A stretch of 64,000 nt of DNA from an uncultured Eubacteriales bacterium. GTDB taxonomy: Bacteria; Bacillota; Clostridia; Christensenellales; Aristaeellaceae. Under the pieces are notes generated by a model, which saw nothing but the letters and a program-made list of their open reading frames with translations, was not told the DNA's origin and made no database searches. Positions 34,063-43,935 of this stretch are shown piece by piece. The position numbers and the translations under genes were made by a program. The first letter of the stretch is position 1, and each line of letters opens with the position of its first letter. Where the stretch lies: assembly GCA_902787835.1 (NCBI GenBank), contig CADAHU010000007.1, positions 19,441 to 83,440 on the forward strand, given 5' to 3'.

Positions 34063-34706
34063 GGCTGCGCCTCCCCGCGGCAGACGCGGATCACCTGGGC
34101 GGGATCCTCAGCGCGCACCAGCGCAGTGCCCATGATCAGCGTATCGGCCCCGGCAGCAACGCACTGCGGGCCTGTGCGCAGATTGACGCCGCCATCCACC
34201 TGCACAGCGCCGGTATAGCCCGCCGTACGTAGGGCGCGGAGCTTCTCCAGCATGCCCTCCATAAACTTCTGCCCGCCAAAGCCGGGCTCCACCGTCATTA
34301 CCAGCACCTGATCGCACAGGGGCAAAAGCGGCAGGATGCGCTCCACAGGCGTTCCCGGCTTGACGGACAGCCCGGCCCGGCAGCCGCTTGCCCGGATCAC
34401 TTTCAACAGCTGCGCCGCGTCCGCCGGGATCTCCGCATGGATGGTCAGGGCGTTTGCCCCGGCCTGGATGAATGTATCGATATACCGCTCCGGGTTATCC
34501 ATCATCAGGTGCACATCCTGGTACACCTGGGGATACACCCCGCGAATGGCCTTGACCAACGCCGGCCCAAAGGACAGGTTGGGCACAAAATGCGCGTCCA
34601 TAATATCCACGTGCAGCCCATCCGCTCCGGCGGCCAGCACGCGATCGATGGCCTCTCCCATGCGCAGCGGATCGGCTGCCAGCACAGACGGCAGGATCCT
34701 AATCAT
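34059..34706 (-). CDS. rpe: ribulose-phosphate 3-epimerase
   Basis: From ATG 34706 (GGAGGG RBS): MIRILPSVLAADPLRMGEAIDRV...HVDIMDAHFVPNLSFG...MTVEPGFGGQKF. Confidence 0.95.
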   Translation of the reverse strand: MIRILPSVLAADPLRMGEAIDRVLAAGADGLHVDIMDAHFVPNLSFGPALVKAIRGVYPQVYQDVHLMMDNPERYIDTFIQAGANALTIHAEIPADAAQLLKVIRASGCRAGLSVKPGTPVERILPLLPLCDQVLVMTVEPGFGGQKFMEGMLEKLRALRTAGYTGAVQVDGGVNLRTGPQCVAAGADTLIMGTALVRAEDPAQVIRVCRGEAQP

Positions 34707-35574
34707 ACCGTTCCCTCCATACTTGCCGCGCCTTCTCCAGCAGCTCGCGATAGCGGCCCAGCCGCGGCGCGCTGATTTTGCCCTCCTGCATGGCCCGCTG
34801 CACGGCGCAGCCAGGCTCGCTGCCATGGTAGCAGGGCTGGAACCGGCACATGCCGGCATAGGGCGCGAATTCCGGATAATACTCCATCAGCTCCACCGGA
34901 TCCATGACCTCCTCGAACTCCAGCAGGCTGAACCCGGGCGTATCCATCACCCGGATATCCCCGCAGGCGATCAGGCTGGCATGGCGGGTGGTATGCTTGC
35001 CGCGCTCGATGCGGCTGATCTCCCCGGTTTGCAGCTGCAGCCCCAGCAGGGCGTTGAGCAGCGTGCTTTTGCCCACGCCGGATTGGCCGGCAAAGCATAC
35101 CGTCTCACCATGCAGCAGCTCCCGCAGGACATCCAGCCCCTCCCGCCGGGCCGCGCTGACGCAGATCACCGGCACATCAGCCCCGGCGTAATCCCGCAGG
35201 GCGCTTTCCGCCGCCTCCGGGGTCAGATCGCATTTATTGACCACCAGCACGGCCCGCATGCCCTGCATGCGCGCTCCCAAAAGCAGCTTATCCACCAGCA
35301 GCCAATCCGGCGCAGGCGCAGCGGCGATCACCGCGGCCAGCAGCGTGATATTGGCCACCGGCGGGCGCAGGCACACGCTGTCCCGGGGCAGGATCTCCTC
35401 CAGCCAGCCGTGCTCCTCGCCAATCCCCGGGGTAAAGCGCACCCGGTCGCCCACCAGGGGCGTCATCCGCTCCCGGCGGAATTTCTTTTTTGCCCGGAGC
35501 ACATAGCCGATGCCCTGCGCGTCCCGCACGGTATACAGCCCGCCCCGGCCTTCCACGATTTGTCCTTCCAGCAT
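34699..35574 (-). CDS. rsgA: ribosome small-subunit-dependent GTPase A
   Basis: From ATG 35574: MLEGQIVEGRGGLYTV... G-motifs VNKCD, GQSGVGKSTLLNAL, DTPGF and the zinc knuckle CRFQPCYHGSEPGC. Confidence 0.93.
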   Translation of the reverse strand: MLEGQIVEGRGGLYTVRDAQGIGYVLRAKKKFRRERMTPLVGDRVRFTPGIGEEHGWLEEILPRDSVCLRPPVANITLLAAVIAAAPAPDWLLVDKLLLGARMQGMRAVLVVNKCDLTPEAAESALRDYAGADVPVICVSAARREGLDVLRELLHGETVCFAGQSGVGKSTLLNALLGLQLQTGEISRIERGKHTTRHASLIACGDIRVMDTPGFSLLEFEEVMDPVELMEYYPEFAPYAGMCRFQPCYHGSEPGCAVQRAMQEGKISAPRLGRYRELLEKARQVWRERYD

Positions 35575-36031
35575 GCCCGCTTCCCGTATCCGACAGCACG
35601 CGCTCGCCCTCCCGGGGCACCTGATCGGCCACGCGATCATATTTGCTTTCGTCCTGGGTGGCCTGCTCAACGATCTGCACGTCGTTGAATCCGGTCTCCT
35701 GGGCAAGCTTCAGCGCCTGGGAGCGGGTCAGATCCACAAACCGCGGCACGGTCACACTGCCGCTGACGGTCACCTGGATGATCTCGCCGTAGGCCAGCAT
35801 CTGCCCGGCTTCTGGCACCTGCTGCAGCACGGTGCCTGCAGGGCGATCGGAAGCCAGCCGCTGGGTAGCCAGCACGCGGAAGCCGTAGCGCTCCGCCTCG
35901 GCCTGGGCGGCCTCCAGCGTTTTGCCCACCACATAGGGCACGCCCTGCTGCTCCGGGCCGGTGCTGACGGTGATCACCAGCACATCCCCACGTTTCATGG
36001 TATATTGATACTCTCTGGACTGGAGGATCAC
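35288..36031 (-). CDS. prkC: PASTA-repeat fragment of the Ser/Thr kinase PrkC (separated from the kinase domain by a frameshift)
   Basis: Contains PASTA-like modules (VPYVVGKTLEAAQAEAERYGFRV..., VPRFVDLTRSQALKLAQETGFNDV...). The last 95 or so codons (35288-35574) overlap rsgA out of frame and look non-coding. Confidence 0.7.
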   Translation of the reverse strand: MILQSREYQYTMKRGDVLVITVSTGPEQQGVPYVVGKTLEAAQAEAERYGFRVLATQRLASDRPAGTVLQQVPEAGQMLAYGEIIQVTVSGSVTVPRFVDLTRSQALKLAQETGFNDVQIVEQATQDESKYDRVADQVPREGERVLSDTGSGHAGRTNRGRPGRAVYRAGRAGHRLCAPGKKEIPPGADDAPGGRPGALYPGDWRGARLAGGDPAPGQRVPAPAGGQYHAAGRGDRRCACAGLAAGG

Positions 36032-37116
36032 CCTTTTTCCTCGCCGATGCGGATGGCGTCCTCCTCGGTCTCGCCGATCAGGAAGGGCGCCTCGGTGCGG
36101 TTCATGATGCCGGAGGCGATCTGTATGCCGCCAAAGGCCAGGCCTGCCAGCACCACCAGGGTCAGCGCCAGCACCAGCAGCGTATCCCGGCGGCGCTTTT
36201 TGCGGCGCTGGCGCTGCAGGCGATCGGTATTGCCCGTGGAGGAGCGCACCGGCTCCTGCAGGCCGGTCACCGGCGTGGCGGTGCCATCCACCTGCTGGGG
36301 ATTTTGAAGCGCCGCGCGGATGGCCCGGGCCATATCGGCGGCGTCTGCATAGCGGCTGCGCATCTCCTTGCCCATGGCCCGGAGCACCACCCGCTCCATG
36401 GCCGGGGAGATGCCCTCCGCCAGCTGGGAGGGCGGCTTGGGGGCCGCCGAAATATGCTGCAGGGCGATGCTCACCGGGGTATCCCCATCGAAGGGTACCT
36501 TGCCGGTAAGCATTTCATACATGACCACGCCCACGCTGTAAATATCGCTGGCGAAGGTCACATCCTCGCCCCGGGCCTGCTCCGGGGAAAAATAGTACAC
36601 GGAGCCCATCACGCTGTCGCCCTTGGTCAGCGTATGGCTGCCGGCCACCCGGGCGATGCCAAAATCGGACACCTTGATCATGCCCTGGGCGTTGACCAGC
36701 ACATTTTCCGGCTTGATATCGCGGTGGATAATGCCGTTATCGTGGGCATGCTGCAGGGCGGAGAGGATGCGGATGGCGATCTCCCCCGCCACCTTTTCGG
36801 GCAGGGCGCCCCGCTCGGTGATGATATCCTTCAGCGTCCGGCCCCGCATATACTCCATGACCAGGTAACGGTAGCCGTCCTCCTCGCCCACATCCAGCAG
36901 ATTGACGATGTTGTGATGGCTCATTTTGCTGGCGGCCAGCGCCTCCCGGCGGAAGCGCTCCAGGAACTCCTCATCGCTGACCAGCTCCGGCCGCAGCACC
37001 TTTACGGCCACGTCATGGCCGGTTCGCAGATCGGTGGCGCGGAAAACCAGCGCCATGCCGCCCTTGCCCACGAACTCCTCCAGCCGGTAACGCTCGGCAA
37101 ACACACGGCCAATCAT
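36028..37116 (-). CDS. prkC: Ser/Thr protein kinase PrkC/PknB: kinase domain + TM + start of first PASTA, truncated by a frameshift
   Basis: GKGGMALVFRA...AVKVL, HRDIKPENVL, SDFGIA, YFSPEQ. TM helix LLVLALTLVVLAGLAFGGI. It stops at TGA 36028-36030 immediately after GAAAAAGGG. Confidence 0.9.
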   Translation of the reverse strand: MIGRVFAERYRLEEFVGKGGMALVFRATDLRTGHDVAVKVLRPELVSDEEFLERFRREALAASKMSHHNIVNLLDVGEEDGYRYLVMEYMRGRTLKDIITERGALPEKVAGEIAIRILSALQHAHDNGIIHRDIKPENVLVNAQGMIKVSDFGIARVAGSHTLTKGDSVMGSVYYFSPEQARGEDVTFASDIYSVGVVMYEMLTGKVPFDGDTPVSIALQHISAAPKPPSQLAEGISPAMERVVLRAMGKEMRSRYADAADMARAIRAALQNPQQVDGTATPVTGLQEPVRSSTGNTDRLQRQRRKKRRRDTLLVLALTLVVLAGLAFGGIQIASGIMNRTEAPFLIGETEEDAIRIGEEKG

Positions 37117-37817
37117 GCGTCCACCTCCACCAGCAGAACGCTCACGTTGTCCTTCCCGCCGTACAGCAGCGCCTTATCCACCAGCTGCTCCACCGCCTCC
37201 TGGCCGGAAAACTGCGCCAGGATCTCCGCGATCTCCGGATCGCGCACCAGGTCGGTGAGCCCATCGGAGCACAGCAGCCATTTTTCGCCAGGGGCTTTGA
37301 GGATCTCCACCACATCGGCGCGCACGCTTTCATCGGTGCCCACGGCCCGGGTGATCACATTGCGCCGGGGATGATGGAAGGCCTCCTCCTCGGTGATGGC
37401 CCCGGCGCGCACCAGATCGGCCACATAGGAGTGATCTTCGCTGATCTGGCGCAGGCGGCCGCCGGCATACAGATAGGCCCGGCTGTCCCCCACGTGGCCC
37501 AGAAGCACATGATCTCCCTCTTCCCACAGCGCGGTCAGCGTGGTGCCCATGCCGCTGAGGCTTTCCTCCCCCAGCTGGCGCTCAAACACCGCGCGGTTGG
37601 CCCGCCGGAAGGCCAGCCGGAGCAGATCCGCCGAGGCCGTTTGCCTCTGCAAGGCGTCCCGCAGCGTTTCCGCGGCCAGCAGGCTGGCCACCTCGCCCGC
37701 GTTATGGCCGCCCATGCCATCGGCCAGGATAAAGATGCCCTGCTGTTCATCCACCAGCACGGTATCCTCGTTCTGCTCCCGCACGAGCCCCACATGCGAT
37801 TTGTAGTACGCTTTCAT
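37113..37817 (-). CDS. stp: PP2C-family Ser/Thr phosphatase (Stp/PrpC)
   Basis: REQNEDTVLV, ILADGMGGHNAGEVAS, LLCSDGL and GGKDNVSVLLV. Confidence 0.94.
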   Translation of the reverse strand: MKAYYKSHVGLVREQNEDTVLVDEQQGIFILADGMGGHNAGEVASLLAAETLRDALQRQTASADLLRLAFRRANRAVFERQLGEESLSGMGTTLTALWEEGDHVLLGHVGDSRAYLYAGGRLRQISEDHSYVADLVRAGAITEEEAFHHPRRNVITRAVGTDESVRADVVEILKAPGEKWLLCSDGLTDLVRDPEIAEILAQFSGQEAVEQLVDKALLYGGKDNVSVLLVEVDA

Positions 37818-38845
37818 TGCTCCTCCAGATAATGCCTGCGCAGTTGGCCGCAGGCCCCGTCGATATCGTCGCCCATCTCCCGGCGGCGGGTTACGGAAAT
37901 ATGCCGTTTTTCCAATTCCTGCATGAACCGGGCGATGGCGGCCTCATCCGCGCCGCGCAGCGCCTTTTCCTCCACGGCGTTCAGGGGGATCACGTTCACA
38001 TGGCACTGCATGCCCCGCAGGCGCGAGGCCAGCTCCGCGGCATGCTCCGGGCTGCTGTTGATCTCGTTCAGCGCGTATTCAAAGATCACCCGGCGGCCGG
38101 TCTTTTCGATATAGTAGCGGCAGGCGTCCAGCACATCCTCCATTTTGTAGGTGTTGGCCACCGGCATCAGCCTGCGGCGGATCGCGTCGTTTGGCGCGTG
38201 CAGCGACAGCGACAGCGTTACCGGCAGCCCTTCCTCCGCAAACCGCCGCATCCGGGGCACCAGGCCGCAGGTGGACAGGCTGATATGCCGAAGGCCGATG
38301 TTCAGCCCCGTATCGAGGCTCACCAGCCGCAGGAAGCGGCACACGTTATCGTAGTTATCCAGCGGCTCGCCGCTGCCCATCAGCACGATATTGCCCACGT
38401 GGCCGTCCGCGATTTGGGTGTTGGCCGCATGCACCTGGCCCAGCAGCTCCGCCGCCGTCAGGTTGCGCACGCAGCCGTTCAGCGTGCTGGCGCAGAATAC
38501 GCAGCCCATGCGGCAGCCCACCTGGGTGGATACGCACAGCGTATAGCCGTGATGATAGCGCATCAGCACGCCCTCGATGCAGTTGCTGTCGGGCAGGGCG
38601 TAGAGCATCTTGACCGTGCCGTCCAGGGCGGAAACCTTCTTTTGAAGGATGGTCACCGGCTGATCGATATACCGCTCCGCCAGCTGCTCCCGAAGCGCTT
38701 TGGGCAGGTTGGTCATATCCGCAAAGCCCGCGCCCCGATGCAGCCACTGGAAGATCTGCTTCAGCCGGAAGCCGGGCAGCTTGTATTCCGCCAGCTCCTC
38801 TGCCAGCTCCTGGGGAAAGAGCCCCAGCAGTTGCTTTTTCTCCAT
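37814..38845 (-). CDS. rlmN: 23S rRNA (adenine2503-C2)-methyltransferase, radical SAM
   Basis: CVSTQVGCRMGCVFCAST radical-SAM cluster motif and C-terminal ACGQL. Confidence 0.95.
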   Translation of the reverse strand: MEKKQLLGLFPQELAEELAEYKLPGFRLKQIFQWLHRGAGFADMTNLPKALREQLAERYIDQPVTILQKKVSALDGTVKMLYALPDSNCIEGVLMRYHHGYTLCVSTQVGCRMGCVFCASTLNGCVRNLTAAELLGQVHAANTQIADGHVGNIVLMGSGEPLDNYDNVCRFLRLVSLDTGLNIGLRHISLSTCGLVPRMRRFAEEGLPVTLSLSLHAPNDAIRRRLMPVANTYKMEDVLDACRYYIEKTGRRVIFEYALNEINSSPEHAAELASRLRGMQCHVNVIPLNAVEEKALRGADEAAIARFMQELEKRHISVTRRREMGDDIDGACGQLRRHYLEEQ

Positions 38846-38848
38846 AAA

Positions 38849-40282
38849 TCAGCCTTTGCGCCTCATGCGCGCCACAAAGAAGCCCTCCACATGATCCCGA
38901 TGGGGCAGCAGCTGCAGGCCATACTCCCCGCACTGCTCCCGCAGGGCGGCGGGGATGGCTTCCGGCAGCGGATCCAGATGAAAATCGGGATGCGCCGCCA
39001 GGAAAGCGGCGATCTGCCGCTCGTTTTCATCCTTGAGCATGCTGCAGGTGGAATACACCAGCACGCCGCCGGGCTTCACATAGCGGCAGCAGGTATCCAG
39101 CAGCTTTTTCTGGGTTTCGCACAGGGCGGCCACGCTCTCCGGCGTGGGGCGGTATTTGACGTCCGGCTTGTCATCCATCACGCCCAGGCCGCTGCAGGGC
39201 GCGTCCAGCAGCACGGCGTCCATGCCGCCCACCAGCTCCTCCCTGAGATCGGCGGCATCCCGGGCGGCCATGCGCACGTTTTCCAGGCGCAGGCGGCGGG
39301 TCATGGCGCGGATCAGCTCCACCCGATGGGCATGCAGATCCCAGGCGTATACCCGGCCCGTGCCGTCCATGCGCTCGGCCATATAGGCGGTCTTGCCGCC
39401 GGGCGCGGCGCAGCAATCCAGCACGTTCATGCCCCGGCGCACGTCCACCGCGGCGGCAGCCACCATGCTGCCCTCCCCCTGGATGCTGAACAGCCCGCCC
39501 AGATAATCGCTGTCCCGGGCGATCTGCATGGCTCCGTACACATACCGCGCGCCGGGCATCCGCGCAGGGGCGGTTTCCCACACCTTTTTGCCGATATGCT
39601 CCTCAAACTCCGCCTCCCGGCCAAAGGTGGGCCGGATGGTGATGGCATGCTTCTCGGTGCGGAAGGCGGCGATCTGTTTTGCCGTTTCCGCACCGTAATC
39701 GTCGATCAGCCTCTGGGCCAGCCACTGGGGCAGGGAGTACATCACGGAAAGGTACTTGGCCCCTTCCCCCTCCTCCGGCCAATGGATCTCATCCTGATGC
39801 TCCACCAGGCGGCGCAGCACGGCGTTGACCATGCCGGAAAAGCCCTCCAGGTTCATGGCCCGGGTGAGCTTGACGGCCTCGTTGACAGCGGCGCTGTTGG
39901 GCACCCGGTCATGCAGCAGGATCTGGCACGCGCCGGTGCGCAGGATATTGCGGATCGTCATATCCAGGGCGTCGGCATCCCGCAGGAAGCCGGACAGCGC
40001 AAAATCCAGATAATACAGGTTTTCCAGCGTGCGGTAAACGATGCTGGCGCACAGCCGGCGGTCCAGCTGATTCAGGTTGACGCTGCTCAGCCGGTCGTCC
40101 AGCGACATGGCGGCATAGGCTTCCTTCTGCAGCACATCGCCCAGCACGTTCACCGCCACCTGGCGGGGATTGGCGTTGCTGCGGGCCTCGGGCCTGCCGT
40201 AGGGGCGCGGGCCGCCCTGATGGGTGCGGTTGGGCTGCGGACGGCCGGTGCCCGGGCGTCCGGTGCGGGGTTTATTCTGCAT
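38849..40282 (-). CDS. rsmB: 16S rRNA (cytosine967-C5)-methyltransferase
   Basis: N-terminal NusB-like domain, DCCAAPGGKT SAM motif and the catalytic motifs DAPCSGLG and YSTCS. Confidence 0.94.
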   Translation of the reverse strand: MQNKPRTGRPGTGRPQPNRTHQGGPRPYGRPEARSNANPRQVAVNVLGDVLQKEAYAAMSLDDRLSSVNLNQLDRRLCASIVYRTLENLYYLDFALSGFLRDADALDMTIRNILRTGACQILLHDRVPNSAAVNEAVKLTRAMNLEGFSGMVNAVLRRLVEHQDEIHWPEEGEGAKYLSVMYSLPQWLAQRLIDDYGAETAKQIAAFRTEKHAITIRPTFGREAEFEEHIGKKVWETAPARMPGARYVYGAMQIARDSDYLGGLFSIQGEGSMVAAAAVDVRRGMNVLDCCAAPGGKTAYMAERMDGTGRVYAWDLHAHRVELIRAMTRRLRLENVRMAARDAADLREELVGGMDAVLLDAPCSGLGVMDDKPDVKYRPTPESVAALCETQKKLLDTCCRYVKPGGVLVYSTCSMLKDENERQIAAFLAAHPDFHLDPLPEAIPAALREQCGEYGLQLLPHRDHVEGFFVARMRRKG

Positions 40283-41216
40283 CGGTCTTATCAGGCGCGA
40301 TCAGCGCGCCCACCTCCATTTGATGTCCGCGAAGGTAATCGCAGGCGTTCATGGGCTTTCCGCCCGCCGCCTGCATGCGCAGGACGCGCAGCGCGCCTTC
40401 CCCGGCGCGGATCCAGAGCCCCTGTTTGGCGTCCGCCTTCAGGATGGTTCCGGGGGCTTCCGTTCCTGCCCAATCCTCCGCCCGGGCCTCCAGCACCTTG
40501 TACGCCCCGGCATAGGCCCCGGGCCAGGGATTCATGCCCCGGGTAAAATCGCACAATTGCCTGGCGGATTTGCCCAAGTCCATGACGCCCATTTCCTTTT
40601 TGAGCAGCGGATAATAGCTGGCCTCGGCCTCGATCTGCGGCCGGCGGGGGCAGGTTCCGTTTTCGATGGCCCGCAACGTTTCGATCAGCAGCTCCGCGCC
40701 GACCCGGGCCAGCCTGTCCACCAGCGTGCCTGCGTTGTCGCCCGGCTCCACGGCCACCTGCCGCTGCATCAGGATATCGCCGGTATCCATGCCCTTATCG
40801 GTCATCATGGTGGTGACGCCGGTAACGGTCTCGCCGTTGATCAGCGCCCAGTTGACCGGCGCGCTGCCCCGGTACTTGGGCAGCAGGGAGGCGTGCACGT
40901 TCACCGTGCCCAGCCGCGGGATATCCAGCACCTCCTGGCTCAGGATATGGCCGAAGGCCGCCGTGACGCACAGATCGGGTGCCAGCTGCCGCAGGGGCTC
41001 CACGCCGTCCACCCGGGTTTTAACGGGCTGGAACACCGGGATGCCGTGGGCGATGGCGCACTGCTTCACCGGGCAGAAGGTGATCTTTTTTCCCCGTCCG
41101 CTGGGCTTGTCCGGCTGGCAGAAAACGCCCGCCACATCATAGCCCGCCTGGATCAGCGCCTCCAGGGAGGGCACGCCGTAATCCGGGGTGCCCATGAATA
41201 CCACGCGCAGGCTCAT
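40272..41216 (-). CDS. fmt: methionyl-tRNA formyltransferase
   Basis: [17 protein letters not shown]..., [21 protein letters not shown]. Confidence 0.95.
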   Translation of the reverse strand: MSLRVVFMGTPDYGVPSLEALIQAGYDVAGVFCQPDKPSGRGKKITFCPVKQCAIAHGIPVFQPVKTRVDGVEPLRQLAPDLCVTAAFGHILSQEVLDIPRLGTVNVHASLLPKYRGSAPVNWALINGETVTGVTTMMTDKGMDTGDILMQRQVAVEPGDNAGTLVDRLARVGAELLIETLRAIENGTCPRRPQIEAEASYYPLLKKEMGVMDLGKSARQLCDFTRGMNPWPGAYAGAYKVLEARAEDWAGTEAPGTILKADAKQGLWIRAGEGALRVLRMQAAGGKPMNACDYLRGHQMEVGALIAPDKTDAE

Positions 41217-41695
41217 TCGGCAGTGTCCTCCTCTTCCTCCTGGACGATCTCGTGATCCTCCACATCAATGTACAGTTTGCCGTCCAGGTGGTCGATCTCA
41301 TGGCAGAAGGCCCGGGCCAGCAGGCCCTCGCCGGTGATCTCAAAGGGCTTGCCGTGCCGGTCCAGGGCGCGGACGGTGACCTTGTTGGGCCGCACCACAT
41401 AGCCCTGACGGCCGGGCTTGCTCAGGCACCCTTCGGGGCCGGCCTGCTCGCCCTCGGCGCTGACGATCTCCGGGTTGATCAATTCGATCAGCCCATGATC
41501 ATCCTGCACATCGATGACCACCACCCGTCGCAGGATGCCGATCTGCGGCGCGGCCAGGCCCACGCCCTCAGCCTCGTACATGGTATCGGCCATATCGCGC
41601 AGCAGCAGCCACAGCCGGATGTTGAACTTCTGCACCGGATGGCAGGTTTTGCGCAGGGTGTCGTTGCCAAACTTGAGGATTTCCTTAACAGCCAT
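41213..41695 (-). CDS. def: peptide deformylase
   Basis: From ATG 41695 (AAGGAG RBS): [15 protein letters not shown] and HEIDHLDG motifs. Confidence 0.95.
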   Translation of the reverse strand: MAVKEILKFGNDTLRKTCHPVQKFNIRLWLLLRDMADTMYEAEGVGLAAPQIGILRRVVVIDVQDDHGLIELINPEIVSAEGEQAGPEGCLSKPGRQGYVVRPNKVTVRALDRHGKPFEITGEGLLARAFCHEIDHLDGKLYIDVEDHEIVQEEEEDTAE

Positions 41696-41706
41696 TTTGC
41701 TCTCCT

Positions 41707-43935
41707 TTACGCCATTGAGGCGGGATTGATTTCCAATAATACGTCGCAGGGCCATTCCCCCGCGGCCAGCTCGCGCATGAACTCCACCGCCGGATAGCTC
41801 TCCGGATGCTCCAGCAGCTTGACCAGCACCTGGGCGCGGTAGTAGCCCCGCAGGTGGGCCAGCGGCGCGTCATCCTGGCGGATGAACAGCACCCGGCGCT
41901 TCAGGCTGGGCGTGGCCTTAACATAGTCCTGCAGCTTGTCCAGCAGGGCGCAGCTGACGGCCTGGGCCACCTCCATGGTTTTTGCGGTGCACAGCAGCCT
42001 GGCCATCATGGTAAAGGGCGGGTACAGCCCCCGCTTGCGGCGGTCAAACTCCATATGGTAGAAGCTGCGGTAATCCTGGGCCGCCGCCGCCCGGATAGCG
42101 TAATGCTCCGGGGTGTAGGTCTGGATCACCACCTGCCCGGGATGCTGGGCGCGCCCCGCCCGGCCCGCCACCTGGGTGAGCAGCTGGAAGGTGCGCTCCG
42201 GCGCGCGGTAATCGGGCATGTTGAGCGACGTATCCGCCAGCACCGCGCCAACCAATGTGACCTCCGGAAAATCCAGGCCCTTGGCGATCATCTGCGTGCC
42301 CACCAGCACCTGTGCCTCCCGGGCGCGGAAGCTGGACAGCAGCCGCATATAGGCGTTTTTATCGCCGGTGGTATCCACATCCATGCGGATGACGCCCACG
42401 CCGGGCCAGCGCTTTTTGACCTCCTGCTCCACCCGCTGGGTGCCCACGCCGCAGGTGCGGATGTAGGCGCTGCCGCAGCTGGGGCAGGTTTCCGGCATGG
42501 GCAGAATATGGCCGCACCAATGGCAGTGCAAACTGTGATCCACCTCGTGGTAGGTCATGCTCACATCGCAATTGGGGCACTTGATGGCCTCGCCGCAGGC
42601 CCGGCAGTTGACAAACTGGGCGTAGCCCCGGCGGTTGATAAACAGCATGGCCTGCCGGCCGGCGCGGATACAGTCCTCCAGCTTTTGGGTCAGCTCGCCG
42701 GAGAACACACCCTTGTTGCCCAGGCGCAGCTCCTCCCGCATATCCACCACGGTAACCTCGGGCAGCGGGCGATGGTGCACCCGGCTGCGCATCTCCAGCA
42801 GCGTCAGATCGCCGCGCTCCATGCGGGCAAAGGAAAGGATGGAGGGCGTGGCGCTGGCCAGCACCAGGGCCGCGCCTTCCCGCCCGCAGCGGCTCTCGGC
42901 GATCTGCCGGGCGTCGTACTGGGGAAAATGCTCGCTCTGGTAGCTGCTCTCGTGCTCCTCGTCGCAGACGATCAGGCCCAGCTTCTCCACCGGCGCGAAC
43001 ACCGCCGAGCGCGCGCCGATCACCACCCGGGCATGGCCCAGGCGGATGCGCCGCCACTCGTCAAAGCGCTCCCCGGCGGAAAGGCGGGAATGCAGCACCG
43101 CAGCCACATCGCCGAACCGGCCCCGGAACCAGGTGACCATCTGCGGGGTCAGCACGATCTCCGGCACCAGCACGATGGCCCCTTTGCCGTCCTTCAGGCA
43201 CTGGCGCACGGCGCGGATAAAGACCTCGCTCTTGCCGCTGCCGGTCACCCCATGCAGCAGAAAAGCGCCCTTCCCGTGTTTTACGGCAGGCAGCAGCTCG
43301 GCAAGCACTTGCCGCTGCTCCTCCGTCAGCTCGGGATCAGGCGCCTGTTTAAGCGTATCCGGATAGGGGGAACGCAATATTTCCCGTTCAATGAGCTCCG
43401 CGTATCCACGCCTGCACAGGTCGTTCAGCCCCACCCGCGCATCCTTGACCAGCTTGTTCAGTTCGGAAACCGGCTGCTCAGCGCCATCGGAAAGCAGCTC
43501 CAGCAGCAGCCTGCGCCTGCGCGCGTTTTTGCAGTCGGCCAGGGCGGCCTCCAGCGCAGGGCCCGCGATGGTGAGCCGCGCCACGGTTTCGGTCTTTACC
43601 CGCACCCTGCCGCCGCGCATTTCGGCGGGCAGCATCAGCCGCAGAGCTTCCGCCAGGGGGCAATGGGTATTCTCCGCGATCTCCCGGGCCAGATCGATCA
43701 TCTGCGGCAGCAGCGCCGGATAATCCTCCAGCGGGGCGATCACCGATTTGATCTTGCTCTCCTCCAGATCGGCCCGATCGGAAAAGCCCAGGATATACCC
43801 TTCCTTCTGCCGGGGGCCGAAGGGCACGCGCACGCGCATGCCAACCTGCAGCCCCATGCTCTCGGGCACGCGGTAGGTAAACACCCGATCCACCGATTCG
43901 TGCGCGATATCCACGATCACCTGGGCATACATCAT
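41707..43935 (-). CDS. priA: primosomal protein N' (replication restart helicase)
   Basis: 742 aa. Walker [15 protein letters not shown] box and Cys-rich zinc fingers ([13 protein letters not shown]...CHWCG...CPSCGS). Confidence 0.96.
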   Translation of the reverse strand: MMYAQVIVDIAHESVDRVFTYRVPESMGLQVGMRVRVPFGPRQKEGYILGFSDRADLEESKIKSVIAPLEDYPALLPQMIDLAREIAENTHCPLAEALRLMLPAEMRGGRVRVKTETVARLTIAGPALEAALADCKNARRRRLLLELLSDGAEQPVSELNKLVKDARVGLNDLCRRGYAELIEREILRSPYPDTLKQAPDPELTEEQRQVLAELLPAVKHGKGAFLLHGVTGSGKSEVFIRAVRQCLKDGKGAIVLVPEIVLTPQMVTWFRGRFGDVAAVLHSRLSAGERFDEWRRIRLGHARVVIGARSAVFAPVEKLGLIVCDEEHESSYQSEHFPQYDARQIAESRCGREGAALVLASATPSILSFARMERGDLTLLEMRSRVHHRPLPEVTVVDMREELRLGNKGVFSGELTQKLEDCIRAGRQAMLFINRRGYAQFVNCRACGEAIKCPNCDVSMTYHEVDHSLHCHWCGHILPMPETCPSCGSAYIRTCGVGTQRVEQEVKKRWPGVGVIRMDVDTTGDKNAYMRLLSSFRAREAQVLVGTQMIAKGLDFPEVTLVGAVLADTSLNMPDYRAPERTFQLLTQVAGRAGRAQHPGQVVIQTYTPEHYAIRAAAAQDYRSFYHMEFDRRKRGLYPPFTMMARLLCTAKTMEVAQAVSCALLDKLQDYVKATPSLKRRVLFIRQDDAPLAHLRGYYRAQVLVKLLEHPESYPAVEFMRELAAGEWPCDVLLEINPASMA

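Noticed and set aside
37817-40546. 909-aa plus-strand ORF
   Set aside because: It is antisense to rlmN and rsmB. It has the same low-complexity composition, no RBS and no family resemblance.
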